A DNA stretch of 64,000 nt from Paracoccaceae bacterium (GCA_041397305.1 JAWKWX010000004.1:94429-158428); one strand, 5' to 3'. Positions 29,151 to 42,890 are shown, numbered from the stretch's first letter. Made by a program: numbers and translations. The notes: generated from the sequence alone by a model not told the origin.

Positions 29151-29216
29151 CCTTTGACAAGCCCCCCCAATCCCGCTAGTCAGGAACGGCAAAAAACTGA
29201 ATTACCGGCGGGGAAA

Positions 29217-31505
29217 ATGATGAGACGTCAGGTCGGGCTTCTGAGCCGAACAGCCCTTTGCACCGTGCTTTTCCTGACCGCCGCGGGCCTGCCAGCCTCG
29301 GCGGCGAGCTATACTTTCTCCGATATCCGAATCGAGGGGAACGCGCTGATAGATCCGGCGACGATTCTTTCGTTCGCGGCGGTGCCGAAGGGCCAGTCGA
29401 TCAGTGATGGCGGGCTGAACGACGTGGTCCAGCGCCTGAACGATTCCGGCCTCTTCGCTTCGGTCGATGTGATCCCCTCGGGCGGGACGCTGATCATCCG
29501 GGTGGTCGAGAACCCGACAATCAACATCATCAATTTCGAAGGCAACAAGAAGATCAAGGACGAAGACCTCGCCAAGGTCATCAAGTCCCAGTCGCGCCGG
29601 GTCTATTCGGCGGCGCAGGCCGAGGCGGACGCCCAGGCCCTGATCGAGGCCTATACCGAGACCGGGCGACTTGCCGCGCGGATCGAGCCGCGCGTGATCG
29701 ACCGGGGCGACAACAAGGTCGACCTCGTCTTCGAGATCCGCGAAGGCAAGGTGACGGAAGTGGAGCGGCTTTCCTTCACGGGCAACCGCGCCTTCTCCGA
29801 CCGGCGGCTGCGGCAGGTTCTGGAAACCAAGCAGGCCGGCATCTTCCGCCAGATCATCCAGCGCGACACGTTCGTTGCCGACCGCGTGGATGTGGACAAG
29901 CAGCTTCTCACCGACTTCTATCGCTCGCGCGGCTATATCGACGCGGCCGTCACCAGCGTGTCGTCGGAATTCTCGACCGAACGCGACGGGTTCTTCCTGA
30001 CTTTCGCGATCCGCGAAGGCCAGAAATATTCCTTCGACGATATTCGCGTGGTGAGCGAGGTCGAGGGCGTCGACGCGACCGAATTCGGCAAGCTGGTGCG
30101 GATTCGCAAGGGCGTGGCCTATTCACCCACCGCGATCGACACCACGATCACGCGGCTTGAGAATCTCGCCGTGAAAAAGGGGCTCAACTTTGTTTCGGTC
30201 GAACCCCGGATCAGCCGGGACGAAGCGACCCAGACGCTCGATGTGACCTTCGTCCTGACCAAGGGGCCGAAGGTCTTCGTCGAACGGATCGATATCGAAG
30301 GCAATGCCACGACGCTTGACAAGGTGGTGCGGCGGCAGTTCCGTACGGTCGAAGGCGACCCCTTCAGCCCGCGCGAAATCCGCCAGAGCGCGGAGCGGGT
30401 GCGGGCACTTGGCTATTTCAAGGACGCGCAGGTCAATGCGCGCGGCGGTTCCTCCGAGGATCAGGTGATCGTCGACGTGAATGTCGAGGAAAAGCCGACC
30501 GGCTCCCTGAACTTCGGCGCCTCCTATTCGATCAGCGACGGTCTTGGTTTCAATATCGGCCTCACCGAGGCGAATTTCCTTGGTCGCGGCCAGTATGTCA
30601 GCGTGAAGATCGGAACCACGGCCGACCAGAAGGACAGCGGCATCACCTTCATCGAGCCGAACCTTCTGGACCGCGACCTGAAGCTGAAGCTGTCCGCATG
30701 GTACCGCACTTCGGAAAATTCGAACTCGCGCTATTCGACCAAGCGCCTCGGTTTCTCGCCCTCGCTTGAATTCCCGCTGGCCGAGCGGACGAAGCTGGAA
30801 CTGCGCTATTCGGTGTCGAGTGACGAGATTTTCAGCGTCGACACCAACTCCTCTCCGATTCTGAAGGCAGAGGAGGCGCGCGGTTCGGAGGTGACGAGCG
30901 CGCTTGGCTATTCGCTCAGCTTCGACACGGAGCGGTCCGAGACCGATCCGACCGAGCGGCTTCTGCTGACCTTCGGGCAGGATTTCGCCGGCGTGGGCGG
31001 AGATATCGATTCGATCACCACCACCGGTCTGGCGAAGTACCAGAAGAAGATTTTCAACGAGGAAGTGACCCTGCGCGCCGAGTTCGAGGCGGGCGCCGTC
31101 GTGTCGCGCAGCGCCGACACGCGATTGGTCGACCGCTTTACCGGCAACGGCAAGATCCGGGGCTTCGAGTCCAACGGGATCGGCCCGCGCGACCTGAGCG
31201 TCGGCAATCAGGATGCGCTCGGCGGCAACATGTTCGCCGCACTGCGCTTTGACGCCGAATTCCCGCTGGGCCTGCCCGAGGAATATGGCATCACCGGCGG
31301 CGTCTTCGCCGATATCGGCTCGGTCTGGGGGCTCGACAGCCCCGGCGGCGTGGATGACGGCCTGCATCTAAGGTCGGCCGTCGGTGTCTCGATCCTGTGG
31401 GATTCCACCCTCGGGCCGCTGCGCTTCAACTTCTCGAAGGCGATCCAGAAGGAAAGCTACGACAAGGAGCAGACCTTCGACTTCACCATCTCCACCCAGT
31501 TCTGA
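29217..31505 (+). CDS. bamA: Outer membrane protein assembly factor BamA
   Basis: Start MMRRQVGLLS with a signal peptide ending ASA. POTRA repeats (FSDIRIEGN..., VERLSFTGNRAFS..., VERIDIEGNATT) and a C-terminal Omp85 barrel ending in F. Confidence 0.95.
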   Translation: MMRRQVGLLSRTALCTVLFLTAAGLPASAASYTFSDIRIEGNALIDPATILSFAAVPKGQSISDGGLNDVVQRLNDSGLFASVDVIPSGGTLIIRVVENPTINIINFEGNKKIKDEDLAKVIKSQSRRVYSAAQAEADAQALIEAYTETGRLAARIEPRVIDRGDNKVDLVFEIREGKVTEVERLSFTGNRAFSDRRLRQVLETKQAGIFRQIIQRDTFVADRVDVDKQLLTDFYRSRGYIDAAVTSVSSEFSTERDGFFLTFAIREGQKYSFDDIRVVSEVEGVDATEFGKLVRIRKGVAYSPTAIDTTITRLENLAVKKGLNFVSVEPRISRDEATQTLDVTFVLTKGPKVFVERIDIEGNATTLDKVVRRQFRTVEGDPFSPREIRQSAERVRALGYFKDAQVNARGGSSEDQVIVDVNVEEKPTGSLNFGASYSISDGLGFNIGLTEANFLGRGQYVSVKIGTTADQKDSGITFIEPNLLDRDLKLKLSAWYRTSENSNSRYSTKRLGFSPSLEFPLAERTKLELRYSVSSDEIFSVDTNSSPILKAEEARGSEVTSALGYSLSFDTERSETDPTERLLLTFGQDFAGVGGDIDSITTTGLAKYQKKIFNEEVTLRAEFEAGAVVSRSADTRLVDRFTGNGKIRGFESNGIGPRDLSVGNQDALGGNMFAALRFDAEFPLGLPEEYGITGGVFADIGSVWGLDSPGGVDDGLHLRSAVGVSILWDSTLGPLRFNFSKAIQKESYDKEQTFDFTISTQF

Positions 31506-32056
31506 TGCGCGGCGCGCTTGCCGTTCTGGCGGGCGTGGCCCTCTTGGCGGGCGTCGCGCCCGCCAGGTCGCAAGAGGTGCCAGCGCAGAGCCCGGTGGTG
31601 ACCGTCGATCAGGAGCGACTGTTCACTGAATCGGCCTGGGGAAAGCGCGCGTTGGCCGAGATCGACAAGGATTCGCGCGAGCTGCAGGCGGAGAATCGCA
31701 GGATCGAGACGGCGCTCACCGCCGAGGAAAAGGATCTGACGGATCGCCGCCCGACGCTGCCGCCCGCAGACTTCCGCAAGCTTGCCGATGCGTTCGACGA
31801 GAAGGTGACGGGCATCCGCAAGGCGCAGGATGCCAAGCTGCGTGATCTGACCTCGCGGCATGACACTGCCCGCAAGGCCTTCTTCGATGCGGTTCTGCCG
31901 GTCATGGGCCAGGTGATGGAGGCGCATGGCGCTTTTGCGATTCTGGACAATCGGGCGGTTTTCATGTCGGTCCGCTCCATCGACATCACCGACGCGGTGA
32001 TCGCGGCCGCGGACGCGGAGCTTGGCGACGGTACGGGCTCTGTTACAGCGCCGTGA
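31505..32056 (+). CDS. OmpH/Skp-family periplasmic chaperone
   Basis: 183 aa from the ATG overlapping the bamA stop (TGATG). Signal peptide MRGALAVLAGVALLAGVAPA, coiled-coil-rich body. Conserved position between bamA and fabZ. Confidence 0.8.
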   Translation: MRGALAVLAGVALLAGVAPARSQEVPAQSPVVTVDQERLFTESAWGKRALAEIDKDSRELQAENRRIETALTAEEKDLTDRRPTLPPADFRKLADAFDEKVTGIRKAQDAKLRDLTSRHDTARKAFFDAVLPVMGQVMEAHGAFAILDNRAVFMSVRSIDITDAVIAAADAELGDGTGSVTAP

Positions 32057-32132
32057 GGCGGGTGCGCTTGCCAGCCTCTCCCCATATTGTTAGCAAGGCC
32101 CAAAGCGGCGCACTGCCCGGGGGACGATTTTC

Positions 32133-32591
32133 ATGACGAGCACCACTGTGACCGAGGCGGATATCCATCTGATCCAGCGGATCATTCCGCATCGCTATCC
32201 CTTCCTGTTGATCGACAAGGTCAAGGATATCGTCCCGAACGTCAGCTGCGTCGGCATCAAGAACGTGACCTTCAACGAGCCGCATTTCCAGGGCCATTTC
32301 CCCGCCAAGCCAATCATGCCGGGCGTCACGATCATCGAGGCGATGGCGCAGGCAGCCGCCGTGCTCGTCGGCATTTCCATGGATGTGGTCGGCCGCGATC
32401 TCCTGACCTATTTCCTGTCGATCGACGCCTGCAAGTTCCGCCGCATGGTGGTGCCGGGCGACGTGCTGGAACTGCACATGACGGTGAAGCGCGGCGGCGG
32501 AAAGATCTGGAAATTCCACGGCAAGGGCATGGTAGACGGCCAGATCGCCGCCGAGGCCGATATTGCTGCGATGATGGACCTCAGGGACTGA
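32133..32591 (+). CDS. fabZ: 3-hydroxyacyl-ACP dehydratase FabZ
   Basis: 152 aa: [31 protein letters not shown]. Confidence 0.95.
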   Translation: MTSTTVTEADIHLIQRIIPHRYPFLLIDKVKDIVPNVSCVGIKNVTFNEPHFQGHFPAKPIMPGVTIIEAMAQAAAVLVGISMDVVGRDLLTYFLSIDACKFRRMVVPGDVLELHMTVKRGGGKIWKFHGKGMVDGQIAAEADIAAMMDLRD

Positions 32592-32597
32592 CCCTTC

Positions 32598-33392
32598 ATG
32601 GCCACCCATCCCACAGCCTCGGTCCACCCTTCGGCGGTCATCGCCCCGGAGGCCGGGATCGGCCCGGATTGCCGCATCGGCCCCTTTTGCGTGATCGGGC
32701 CGGAGGTAACGCTCGGGCCTGAGGTCGAGCTGAAATCCCATGTGGTGATCGAAGGCGCGACAGCGATTGGCGAAGGGACCGTCGTCTATCCGTTTGCCTC
32801 GCTCGGCCATGCGCCACAGGATCTGAAATTCAGGGGCGAACACACAAGCCTGGTGATCGGCGCCCGCAACCGCATTCGCGAAGGCGTGACGATGAACCCC
32901 GGTACCGACGGCGGCGGCGGGGTGACGCGGATCGGCGATGACGGGCTATTCATGGCCAATTGCCATGTGGCGCACGATTGCCAGATCGGCGACCGGGTGA
33001 TCCTGGTGAACAATGTCGCGATTGCCGGCCATTGCGTGCTTGAGGATGACGTGATCGTTGGCGGCCTCTCGGGCGTTCACCAGTTCGTCCGTATCGGTCG
33101 CGGCGCGATGATCGGCGCGGTGACGATGGTCACCGCCGACGTGATCCCGCATGGTCTGGTGCAGGGGCCGCGCGGCGTGCTGGACGGGCTCAATCTCGTC
33201 GGGCTGAAACGGCGCGGCGCGGGCAAGTCCGACATCCTCGCCCTGCGCGATCTGCTTGGCGATCTCGGGACCGGGTCTTTCCGCGACAGCGCGCGCGAGC
33301 GGGCGAACGACGGCACCGACAATGAGTATGTCCGCGAAGTGCTGGATTTCATCCTCGGGCCGTCGGATCGCTCTTTCCTCGCGCCGCGATGA
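32598..33392 (+). CDS. lpxA: UDP-N-acetylglucosamine acyltransferase LpxA
   Basis: 264 aa left-handed beta-helix hexapeptide repeats. Conserved fabZ-lpxA order. Confidence 0.95.
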   Translation: MATHPTASVHPSAVIAPEAGIGPDCRIGPFCVIGPEVTLGPEVELKSHVVIEGATAIGEGTVVYPFASLGHAPQDLKFRGEHTSLVIGARNRIREGVTMNPGTDGGGGVTRIGDDGLFMANCHVAHDCQIGDRVILVNNVAIAGHCVLEDDVIVGGLSGVHQFVRIGRGAMIGAVTMVTADVIPHGLVQGPRGVLDGLNLVGLKRRGAGKSDILALRDLLGDLGTGSFRDSARERANDGTDNEYVREVLDFILGPSDRSFLAPR

Positions 33393-34195
33393 CCAGGACG
33401 GCGCTCATCGCCGGGCAGGGGCAGCTGCCGGCGCTTCTTGCTGCGGAACTGACGGCGGCGGGAGAGGCCTTTCTGATTGCCGAGATGGACGGGTTTCCGG
33501 CGGCCGTTGCCGGTACCGCGCCGCTGCGCTTCCGGATCGAGCGCCTGGTACCCTTTCTCGACCGGCTGCAGGACGAGGGCGTCCAACGGGTCTGCTTCGC
33601 CGGGGCCGTGCGGCGCCCGAAGATCGAACCCGAGCTTTTCGATGCGCGCACCGCGGCGCTGGTGCCACGCCTTCTCGGCGCCATCCAGTCGGGTGACGAT
33701 GCCGCGCTGCGCGCCGTGATCGCGATCTTCGAGGAATGGGATTTCACCATCGTCGGCGCCGATCAGCTTGCGCCCGGCCTCGTGCCGGGCGAGGGCATCC
33801 TGTCCGGCCAGCCATCGGAGCAGGACCGGCAGGATGCGGCGCGCGGGGCAGAGATTGTCAGCGCGACCGGCGCGCTCGATATCGGGCAGGGGGCGGTCGT
33901 GGCGCGCGGCCTCTGCATCGCGGTCGAAACCTTGCCCGGCACCGATGCGATGCTCGATTTCACCGCCGCCCATCATCCGGTCCCTCGCGCGGGCCTGCTT
34001 TACAAGGCACCGAAGCCCGGGCAGGACCGCCGGGTCGACCTGCCCGCCGTCGGCCCCGAAACCGTCGCCCGCGCCGCTGCCGCCGGTCTGAACGGCATCG
34101 CCTGGGAGGCGGGCGGCGCGCTGCTCCTCGACCGGACCGCGACCATTGCGGCGGCGGAAGTGGCGGGTCTCTTTCTCTGGTCGCGGGCGCCATGA
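33389..34195 (+). CDS. lpxI: UDP-2,3-diacylglucosamine pyrophosphatase LpxI (DUF1009)
   Basis: 268 aa between lpxA and lpxB, as in alpha-proteobacteria that lack lpxH. Overlaps both neighbours by 4 bp. Confidence 0.8.
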   Translation: MTRTALIAGQGQLPALLAAELTAAGEAFLIAEMDGFPAAVAGTAPLRFRIERLVPFLDRLQDEGVQRVCFAGAVRRPKIEPELFDARTAALVPRLLGAIQSGDDAALRAVIAIFEEWDFTIVGADQLAPGLVPGEGILSGQPSEQDRQDAARGAEIVSATGALDIGQGAVVARGLCIAVETLPGTDAMLDFTAAHHPVPRAGLLYKAPKPGQDRRVDLPAVGPETVARAAAAGLNGIAWEAGGALLLDRTATIAAAEVAGLFLWSRAP

Positions 34196-35340
34196 AGCTT
34201 TTCCTCACCGCCGGAGAGGCCTCGGGTGACGCGCTTGGTGCCGCACTGATGGCGGGGCTGAGGGTGCTTCGACCGGATGTGAGGTTCGAAGGCGTCGGCG
34301 GTCCGCTGATGGCGGCCGAGGGTCTCAGGAGCCTGTTCCCGATGGAAGATCTCTCGGTCATGGGGCTTCTGGAGGTTCTGCCGAAATACCGGTTCCTGAA
34401 ACGCCGCATCGCCGAGACCGCCGCCGCCGTGGCGCGGGCAAGGCCCGACGCGCTGATCACCATCGACAGTCCGGATTTCTCGCTGCGCGTTGCGAAGCTG
34501 GTGCGCGAGGCGAACCCGCAGCAGAAGACCATCCATTATGTCGCGCCCACGGTCTGGGCCTGGCGGCCGGGCCGCGCCGCGAGGATGGCACCTCTCATCG
34601 ACCATGTGCTGGCGCTCTTTCCTTTCGAGCCGCCCTATATGGAAGCGGCGGGGATGACCTGCGATTTCGTCGGCCATCCAGTGGTGTCGATGCCGCGCGC
34701 GACCGAAGAGGAGGCCCGCGCCTTCCGCGAGACCCATTCGATCGACGAAGGCCAGCCGCTTCTCCTCTGCCTGCCCGGCAGCCGCCGGGGCGAGGTCACG
34801 CGGCTCATGCCGCGGTTCGAGCAGGCGCTTGACCGGCTGCAAGCAGACCATCCCGGCCTGCGCGTCGCCGTCCCCACGGTCCGGGGTGTTGCCGGTATCG
34901 TCGGCGATCGCGCGGCGCGTTGGCAGAACCCGCCGCTGGTCCTGACCGACGCGGCCGACAAGCGCGCCGCCTTCGCCGCCGCCGATCTGGCGCTGGCGGC
35001 CTCGGGGACCGTCAGCCTGGAACTCGCGGCGCACCGGGTGCCGATGGTCATCGCCCACGATTTCAACCAGCTCACCTGGTGGATGATGAAACGCGCGGCG
35101 CTGATCGATACGGTGACGCTGGTCAATATCGTGTCGCAGACCCGCGCCGTGCCGGAATTCCTCGGTCCCGCCTGCCGGTCCGGCCCGATCGCCGACGCGC
35201 TTGACCGGCTGCTGGCCGATCCGGCGGCGCGCACCGCGCAGCTGGAGGCCATGGAGGCCACGATGGACCGGCTGGGACGCGGCGCCGAGGCGCCGGGCCT
35301 GCGCGCGGCGCGGTCGGTCCTGGCACAGGTCGGGGGCTGA
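34192..35340 (+). CDS. lpxB: Lipid-A-disaccharide synthase LpxB
   Basis: Start MKLFLTAGEASGDALGA at the ATGA overlap with the lpxI stop. GT19 family features. The N-terminal extension in ORF 33736..35340 is spurious. Confidence 0.9.
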   Translation: MKLFLTAGEASGDALGAALMAGLRVLRPDVRFEGVGGPLMAAEGLRSLFPMEDLSVMGLLEVLPKYRFLKRRIAETAAAVARARPDALITIDSPDFSLRVAKLVREANPQQKTIHYVAPTVWAWRPGRAARMAPLIDHVLALFPFEPPYMEAAGMTCDFVGHPVVSMPRATEEEARAFRETHSIDEGQPLLLCLPGSRRGEVTRLMPRFEQALDRLQADHPGLRVAVPTVRGVAGIVGDRAARWQNPPLVLTDAADKRAAFAAADLALAASGTVSLELAAHRVPMVIAHDFNQLTWWMMKRAALIDTVTLVNIVSQTRAVPEFLGPACRSGPIADALDRLLADPAARTAQLEAMEATMDRLGRGAEAPGLRAARSVLAQVGG

Positions 35341-35351
35341 CGGGTCGCCGT

Positions 35352-35415
35352 TCCGCTTCCTGTCTTCAAATACTCTCGGGGGAGCGCGAGGGGGGCGGAC
35401 AGCTCCCCTCGCACG
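35352..35415 (-). repeat. REP-like intergenic repeat, copy C (reverse orientation)
   Basis: Reverse complement reads GCGAGGGGAGCtgtccgccCCCCTCGC-GCTCCCCCGAGAGTATTTGAAGACAGGAAGCGG. This has the same hairpin + CCCCCGRGRTATTTG + GAAG tail organisation as copies A and B. It lies between the convergent lpxB and mnmA genes. Confidence 0.65.
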
Positions 35416-35438
35416 GGTCGGCGCCGAAGGCGGCGACA

Positions 35439-36599
35439 TCAGCGGCCCTTCCAGATCCAGCCGCCGCCGAGGATGCGGCCGGTCGGACCCCCGATGCCGG
35501 TTTCGTAGAAGACGCAGGCCTGTCCGGGGCTCACGCCGTCCTCGGGGTCGAGAAGCTCGACCTCGGCCTCGCTGGCCGAGAGCGGCCGGATCATCGCCGG
35601 TCGCGGCGGCCGGGTCGAGCGGATCTTGACCGCGACCTGCCATCCGGCTGCGCTGTCGAAGGGGGCGTCGCCCAGCCAGTTGATCTCGCGCACCGGTACG
35701 ATGCGGGTGGCGAGTGCTTCCTTCGGGCCGACGATCACCCGCCGGGCCTCTGGGTCAAGCTTCACCACATAGAGAGGATCGCCCGTGCCGCCCACGCCGA
35801 GCCCGCGGCGCTGGCCGATCGTGTAATGAATGACGCCCCGATGTTGCCCCATTACGCGGCCATCCAGATGCACGATTTCGCCCGGGTCGGCGGCGCCGGG
35901 ACGCAGCTTCTCGATCACCGACGCATAATTGCCGTTCGGCACGAAGCAGATGTCCTGGCTGTCGGGCTTGTCGGCGACCGAAAGGCCGTATTTCGCCGCC
36001 AGCGCGCGCGTCTCGGCCTTGGACGGCAGATGCCCGAGCGGAAAGCGCAGGAAATCCAGCTGCTCGGGGGTCGTCGAGAAGAGGAAATAGGACTGGTCGC
36101 GGTTCGCGTCCGCCGCGCAATGCAGTTCCGGCCCCGCAATCCCCATCTTGCGCTGGATGTAATGTCCGGTCGCCATGCAGTCGGCATCGAGCTCCCGCGC
36201 GGTCGCCAGAAGATCCTTGAACTTCACCCGCTCGTTGCAGCGGATGCAGGGCACGGGCGTCGCGCCCGCGAGATAGGCATCGGCAAATTCCTCGATCACC
36301 GCCTCGCGGAACATGTTCTCGTAGTCGAGGACGTAGTGCGGAAAGCCCATCGCCTCGGCCACCCGGCGGGCGTCGTGGATATCCTGACCGGCGCAGCAGG
36401 CGCCCTTCTTGGCCAGTGCGGCACCGTGATCGTAAAGCTGCAGCGTGACGCCCACGACATCATAGCCCTCGTCCTTCAGCATTGCGGCCACGACCGAACT
36501 GTCGACGCCGCCCGACATGGCAACGACAACTCTGGTATCGGCGGGAGCCTTGGCAAGGCCGAGGGAATTCAGCGGAATGTCTTTCATGGGGGCGCTCAT
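35439..36599 (-). CDS. mnmA: tRNA 2-thiouridine(34) synthase MnmA
   Basis: PP-loop [13 protein letters not shown] and catalytic Cys regions. Start MSAPMKD (36599) or MKD (36587); the ORF-track maximum is 36653. Confidence 0.9.
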   Translation of the reverse strand: MSAPMKDIPLNSLGLAKAPADTRVVVAMSGGVDSSVVAAMLKDEGYDVVGVTLQLYDHGAALAKKGACCAGQDIHDARRVAEAMGFPHYVLDYENMFREAVIEEFADAYLAGATPVPCIRCNERVKFKDLLATARELDADCMATGHYIQRKMGIAGPELHCAADANRDQSYFLFSTTPEQLDFLRFPLGHLPSKAETRALAAKYGLSVADKPDSQDICFVPNGNYASVIEKLRPGAADPGEIVHLDGRVMGQHRGVIHYTIGQRRGLGVGGTGDPLYVVKLDPEARRVIVGPKEALATRIVPVREINWLGDAPFDSAAGWQVAVKIRSTRPPRPAMIRPLSASEAEVELLDPEDGVSPGQACVFYETGIGGPTGRILGGGWIWKGR

Positions 36600-36718
36600 C
36601 AGGGTCCGCAAGAATATAGGAAAATTCGAAACACTCACAAGCCCGGGTTTCACCCGTCCTTAAGCCTGCTTTGGGAGGGTCGGTGCGGGTGAAGGTCCGG
36701 TTAGTCGGGGGGTGCCTG

Positions 36719-36997
36719 ATGTATCTCAAGAAGATCGACGGTCCAAGGGCGGTGACGCTGCCGGACGGAACCGTGATGACGCGTGCCGATCTGCCGCCGC
36801 CGGAGACGCGGCGATGGGTGGCAAGCCGCAAGGCGCGCGTGGTGCGTGCGGTCCAGCATGGGCTGTTGCCGCTGAAAGAGGCGCTCGACCGCTATGGCCT
36901 GTCAGAGGAAGAGTTCGAGTTGTGGCGGGCAGCGGTGGAACGGCATGGCGAAAAAGCCCTCAAGGTCACGGCTTTGCAAAAGTATCGCCAACTTTAG
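36719..36997 (+). CDS. sciP: DUF1153 small transcriptional regulator, SciP homologue (CtrA antagonist)
   Basis: 92 aa from MYLKKIDGPRAV... The motif ...TRRWVASRKARVVRAVQHGLLPLKEALDRYGLSEEEFELW... is the DUF1153/SciP signature. Located immediately upstream of ctrA. Confidence 0.8.
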   Translation: MYLKKIDGPRAVTLPDGTVMTRADLPPPETRRWVASRKARVVRAVQHGLLPLKEALDRYGLSEEEFELWRAAVERHGEKALKVTALQKYRQL

Positions 36998-37035
36998 GTT
37001 GTATTTCCATATTTAAATGCGTCGCTAACGTGTGA

Positions 37036-37059
37036 TTAACCATTTATGCCCATGGTTAA
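37036..37059. promoter_or_regulatory. Inverted pair of CtrA 8-mer half sites TTAACCAT-N8-ATGGTTAA in the ctrA promoter region
   Basis: TTAACCAT at 37036-37043 and its exact reverse complement ATGGTTAA at 37052-37059, within an AT-rich patch 33-56 nt upstream of the ctrA ATG. Confidence 0.55.
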
Positions 37060-37091
37060 GGTAATGAAGACTTTAACGCGGAGTGCGGCGC

Positions 37092-37805
37092 ATGAGAATT
37101 TTGCTGGTAGAAGACGATCCGACCACCTCCCGCAGCATCGAACTGATGCTGACCCATGCGAACCTGAACGTCTATTGCACCGACCTGGGCGAGGAAGGGA
37201 TCGATCTGGCGAAGCTCTATGATTACGACCTGATCCTTCTCGACCTGAACCTGCCAGACATGAACGGCCATGAAGTGCTGCGCCAGCTCCGCCTGTCGAA
37301 GATCGCCACGCCGATCCTGATTCTCTCGGGCGCCGACGATACCGAGAGCAAGATTCGCGGCTTCGGCTTCGGCGCCGACGATTATCTGACCAAACCCTTC
37401 CATCGCGAGGAACTGGTGGCGCGCATCCATGCGATCATCCGCCGCTCGAAAGGTCATGCCCAGTCGATCATCCGCACCGGCCATATCAATGTGAATCTTG
37501 ATGCCAAGACGGTCGATGTCGACGGGCTGCCGGTACATCTGACCGGCAAGGAATATCAGATGCTGGAGCTTCTCAGTCTCAGGAAAGGCACGACGCTGAC
37601 GAAGGAGATGTTTCTCAATCATCTCTACGGCGGCATGGACGAACCGGAACTGAAGATCATCGACGTGTTCATCTGCAAGCTCAGGAAGAAGCTGGCCGAG
37701 GCGACAGGCGGGGAAAACTATATCGAGACGGTATGGGGGCGGGGCTATGTGCTGCGCGAGCCCCAGCCGCACGACATGGACCGGCGGGTCGCTGTCGGCG
37801 CCTGA
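37092..37805 (+). CDS. ctrA: Cell-cycle / motility master response regulator CtrA (OmpR family)
   Basis: [20 protein letters not shown]... Receiver domain with [14 protein letters not shown], and a winged-helix output ...[13 protein letters not shown]...[13 protein letters not shown]. Highly characteristic CtrA sequence. Confidence 0.95.
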   Translation: MRILLVEDDPTTSRSIELMLTHANLNVYCTDLGEEGIDLAKLYDYDLILLDLNLPDMNGHEVLRQLRLSKIATPILILSGADDTESKIRGFGFGADDYLTKPFHREELVARIHAIIRRSKGHAQSIIRTGHINVNLDAKTVDVDGLPVHLTGKEYQMLELLSLRKGTTLTKEMFLNHLYGGMDEPELKIIDVFICKLRKKLAEATGGENYIETVWGRGYVLREPQPHDMDRRVAVGA

Positions 37806-37853
37806 GAGGTCAGAGCGGGTTCAGCCTGGCGGCAGGCACCAGCCCCGGCAGAG

Positions 37854-37887
37854 GGCGGCCCCCGAGGCGTCGGGGGCCGCCTTTGTG
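37854..37887 (+). terminator. Rho-independent terminator of ctrA
   Basis: Stem GGCGGCCCCCGA / TCGGGGGCCGCC (12 bp), loop GGCG, followed by TTTGTG. Confidence 0.75.
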
Positions 37888-38110
37888 CCTCCATTGGCGT
37901 GCGTCCTGCCTGTCGGCTTTCCCGGTCGCCGCATCCTGCCACGTGCCGCCCCCGAGGTTCGGCTGGCTGACTGCCCGGAGAAACCGTTCCGGAAGTTCTG
38001 ACCCGCAGGGGATCGCGTGCCGTGAAGGGCAAGGGAGCGGTCCCGGGTGCCCGGTCCGAGAGGAGGCGCCGCCGCCCCTTGAGGGTATCGTCCCGCCTTC
38101 GGCGGGCCGA

Positions 38111-42500
<4,390 letters not shown>

Positions 42501-42518
42501 GGTTTGTTCGCGAATGTT

Positions 42519-42534
42519 CTTAAAAAGTTCTTTA
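42519..42534 (+). promoter_or_regulatory. Near-consensus CtrA box TTAA-AAAGTTC-TTTAC
   Basis: One mismatch to TTAA-N7-TTAAC. It sits in an AT-rich patch 50 nt upstream of a small ORF start and overlaps the direct repeat GTTCTTaaaaaGTTCTT. Confidence 0.3.
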
Positions 42535-42584
42535 CAGCGGCCGAGATTCGTGAGAACAAAAAGGCAACAAGGATGGAGGAACCG

Positions 42585-42704
42585 ATGCGCGATCTGAAAG
42601 CCGCCTTTTCCCGGTCTCACGAAACCATGCTGATCGATGCGGCGGGCCTTGCCTCGCTGATCGCCATGCTGATCGTCGGCCTACACCTGCCCGATCTGAT
42701 CTGA
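42585..42704 (+). CDS. Small membrane protein, 39 aa (MRDLKAAFSRSHETMLIDAAGLASLIAMLIVGLHLPDLI)
   Basis: Internal start of ORF 42504..42704, chosen because GGAGGA lies 5 nt upstream. One TM helix. Followed by a strong terminator at 42799-42838. Confidence 0.45.
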   Translation: MRDLKAAFSRSHETMLIDAAGLASLIAMLIVGLHLPDLI

Positions 42705-42798
42705 CCCTGCCCAAGCGGTCTTTCCGTGGGCCTGCCTGTCCCGCAGTGATACCCCCCGGGCCGATCCCCAGTCGGCCCTGTCCCCGGTAACCGCAGAC

Positions 42799-42838
42799 TG
42801 CCGCCGTGTCCCCGCCGGGGCACGGCGGTTTTTTCTTT
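42799..42838 (+). terminator. Rho-independent terminator
   Basis: CCGCCGTG(tCCCCgccGGGG)CACGGCGG long hairpin followed by TTTTTTCTTT. Confidence 0.8.
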
Positions 42839-42844
42839 CGGGCC

Positions 42845-42885
42845 GGGAAGGTGCTGCCCTGCCGGAGTATTTGGCGGCGGAACCT
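42845..42885 (+). repeat. Possible degenerate fourth copy of the REP-like element
   Basis: ...GCCCTGCCGGAGTATTTGGCGGCGGAACC shares only the GRGTATTTGG core with copies A-C. Confidence 0.3.
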
Positions 42886-42890
42886 GTGGA

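Noticed and set aside
28795-29160. A 121-aa - strand ORF (and the nested 28806..29021) in the rseP-bamA gap.
   Set aside because: The composition is Arg/Gly/Pro-rich, there is no RBS, and it would be antisense to the whole cluster. The + strand 54-aa ORF with GGAGG and a terminator explains the gap better.
37013-37029. TTAAATGCGTCGCTAAC upstream of ctrA as a full TTAA-N7-TTAAC CtrA box.
   Set aside because: The spacing is off by one (TTAA-N8-CTAAC) and the second half is degenerate. The inverted TTAACCAT pair nearby is the better candidate.
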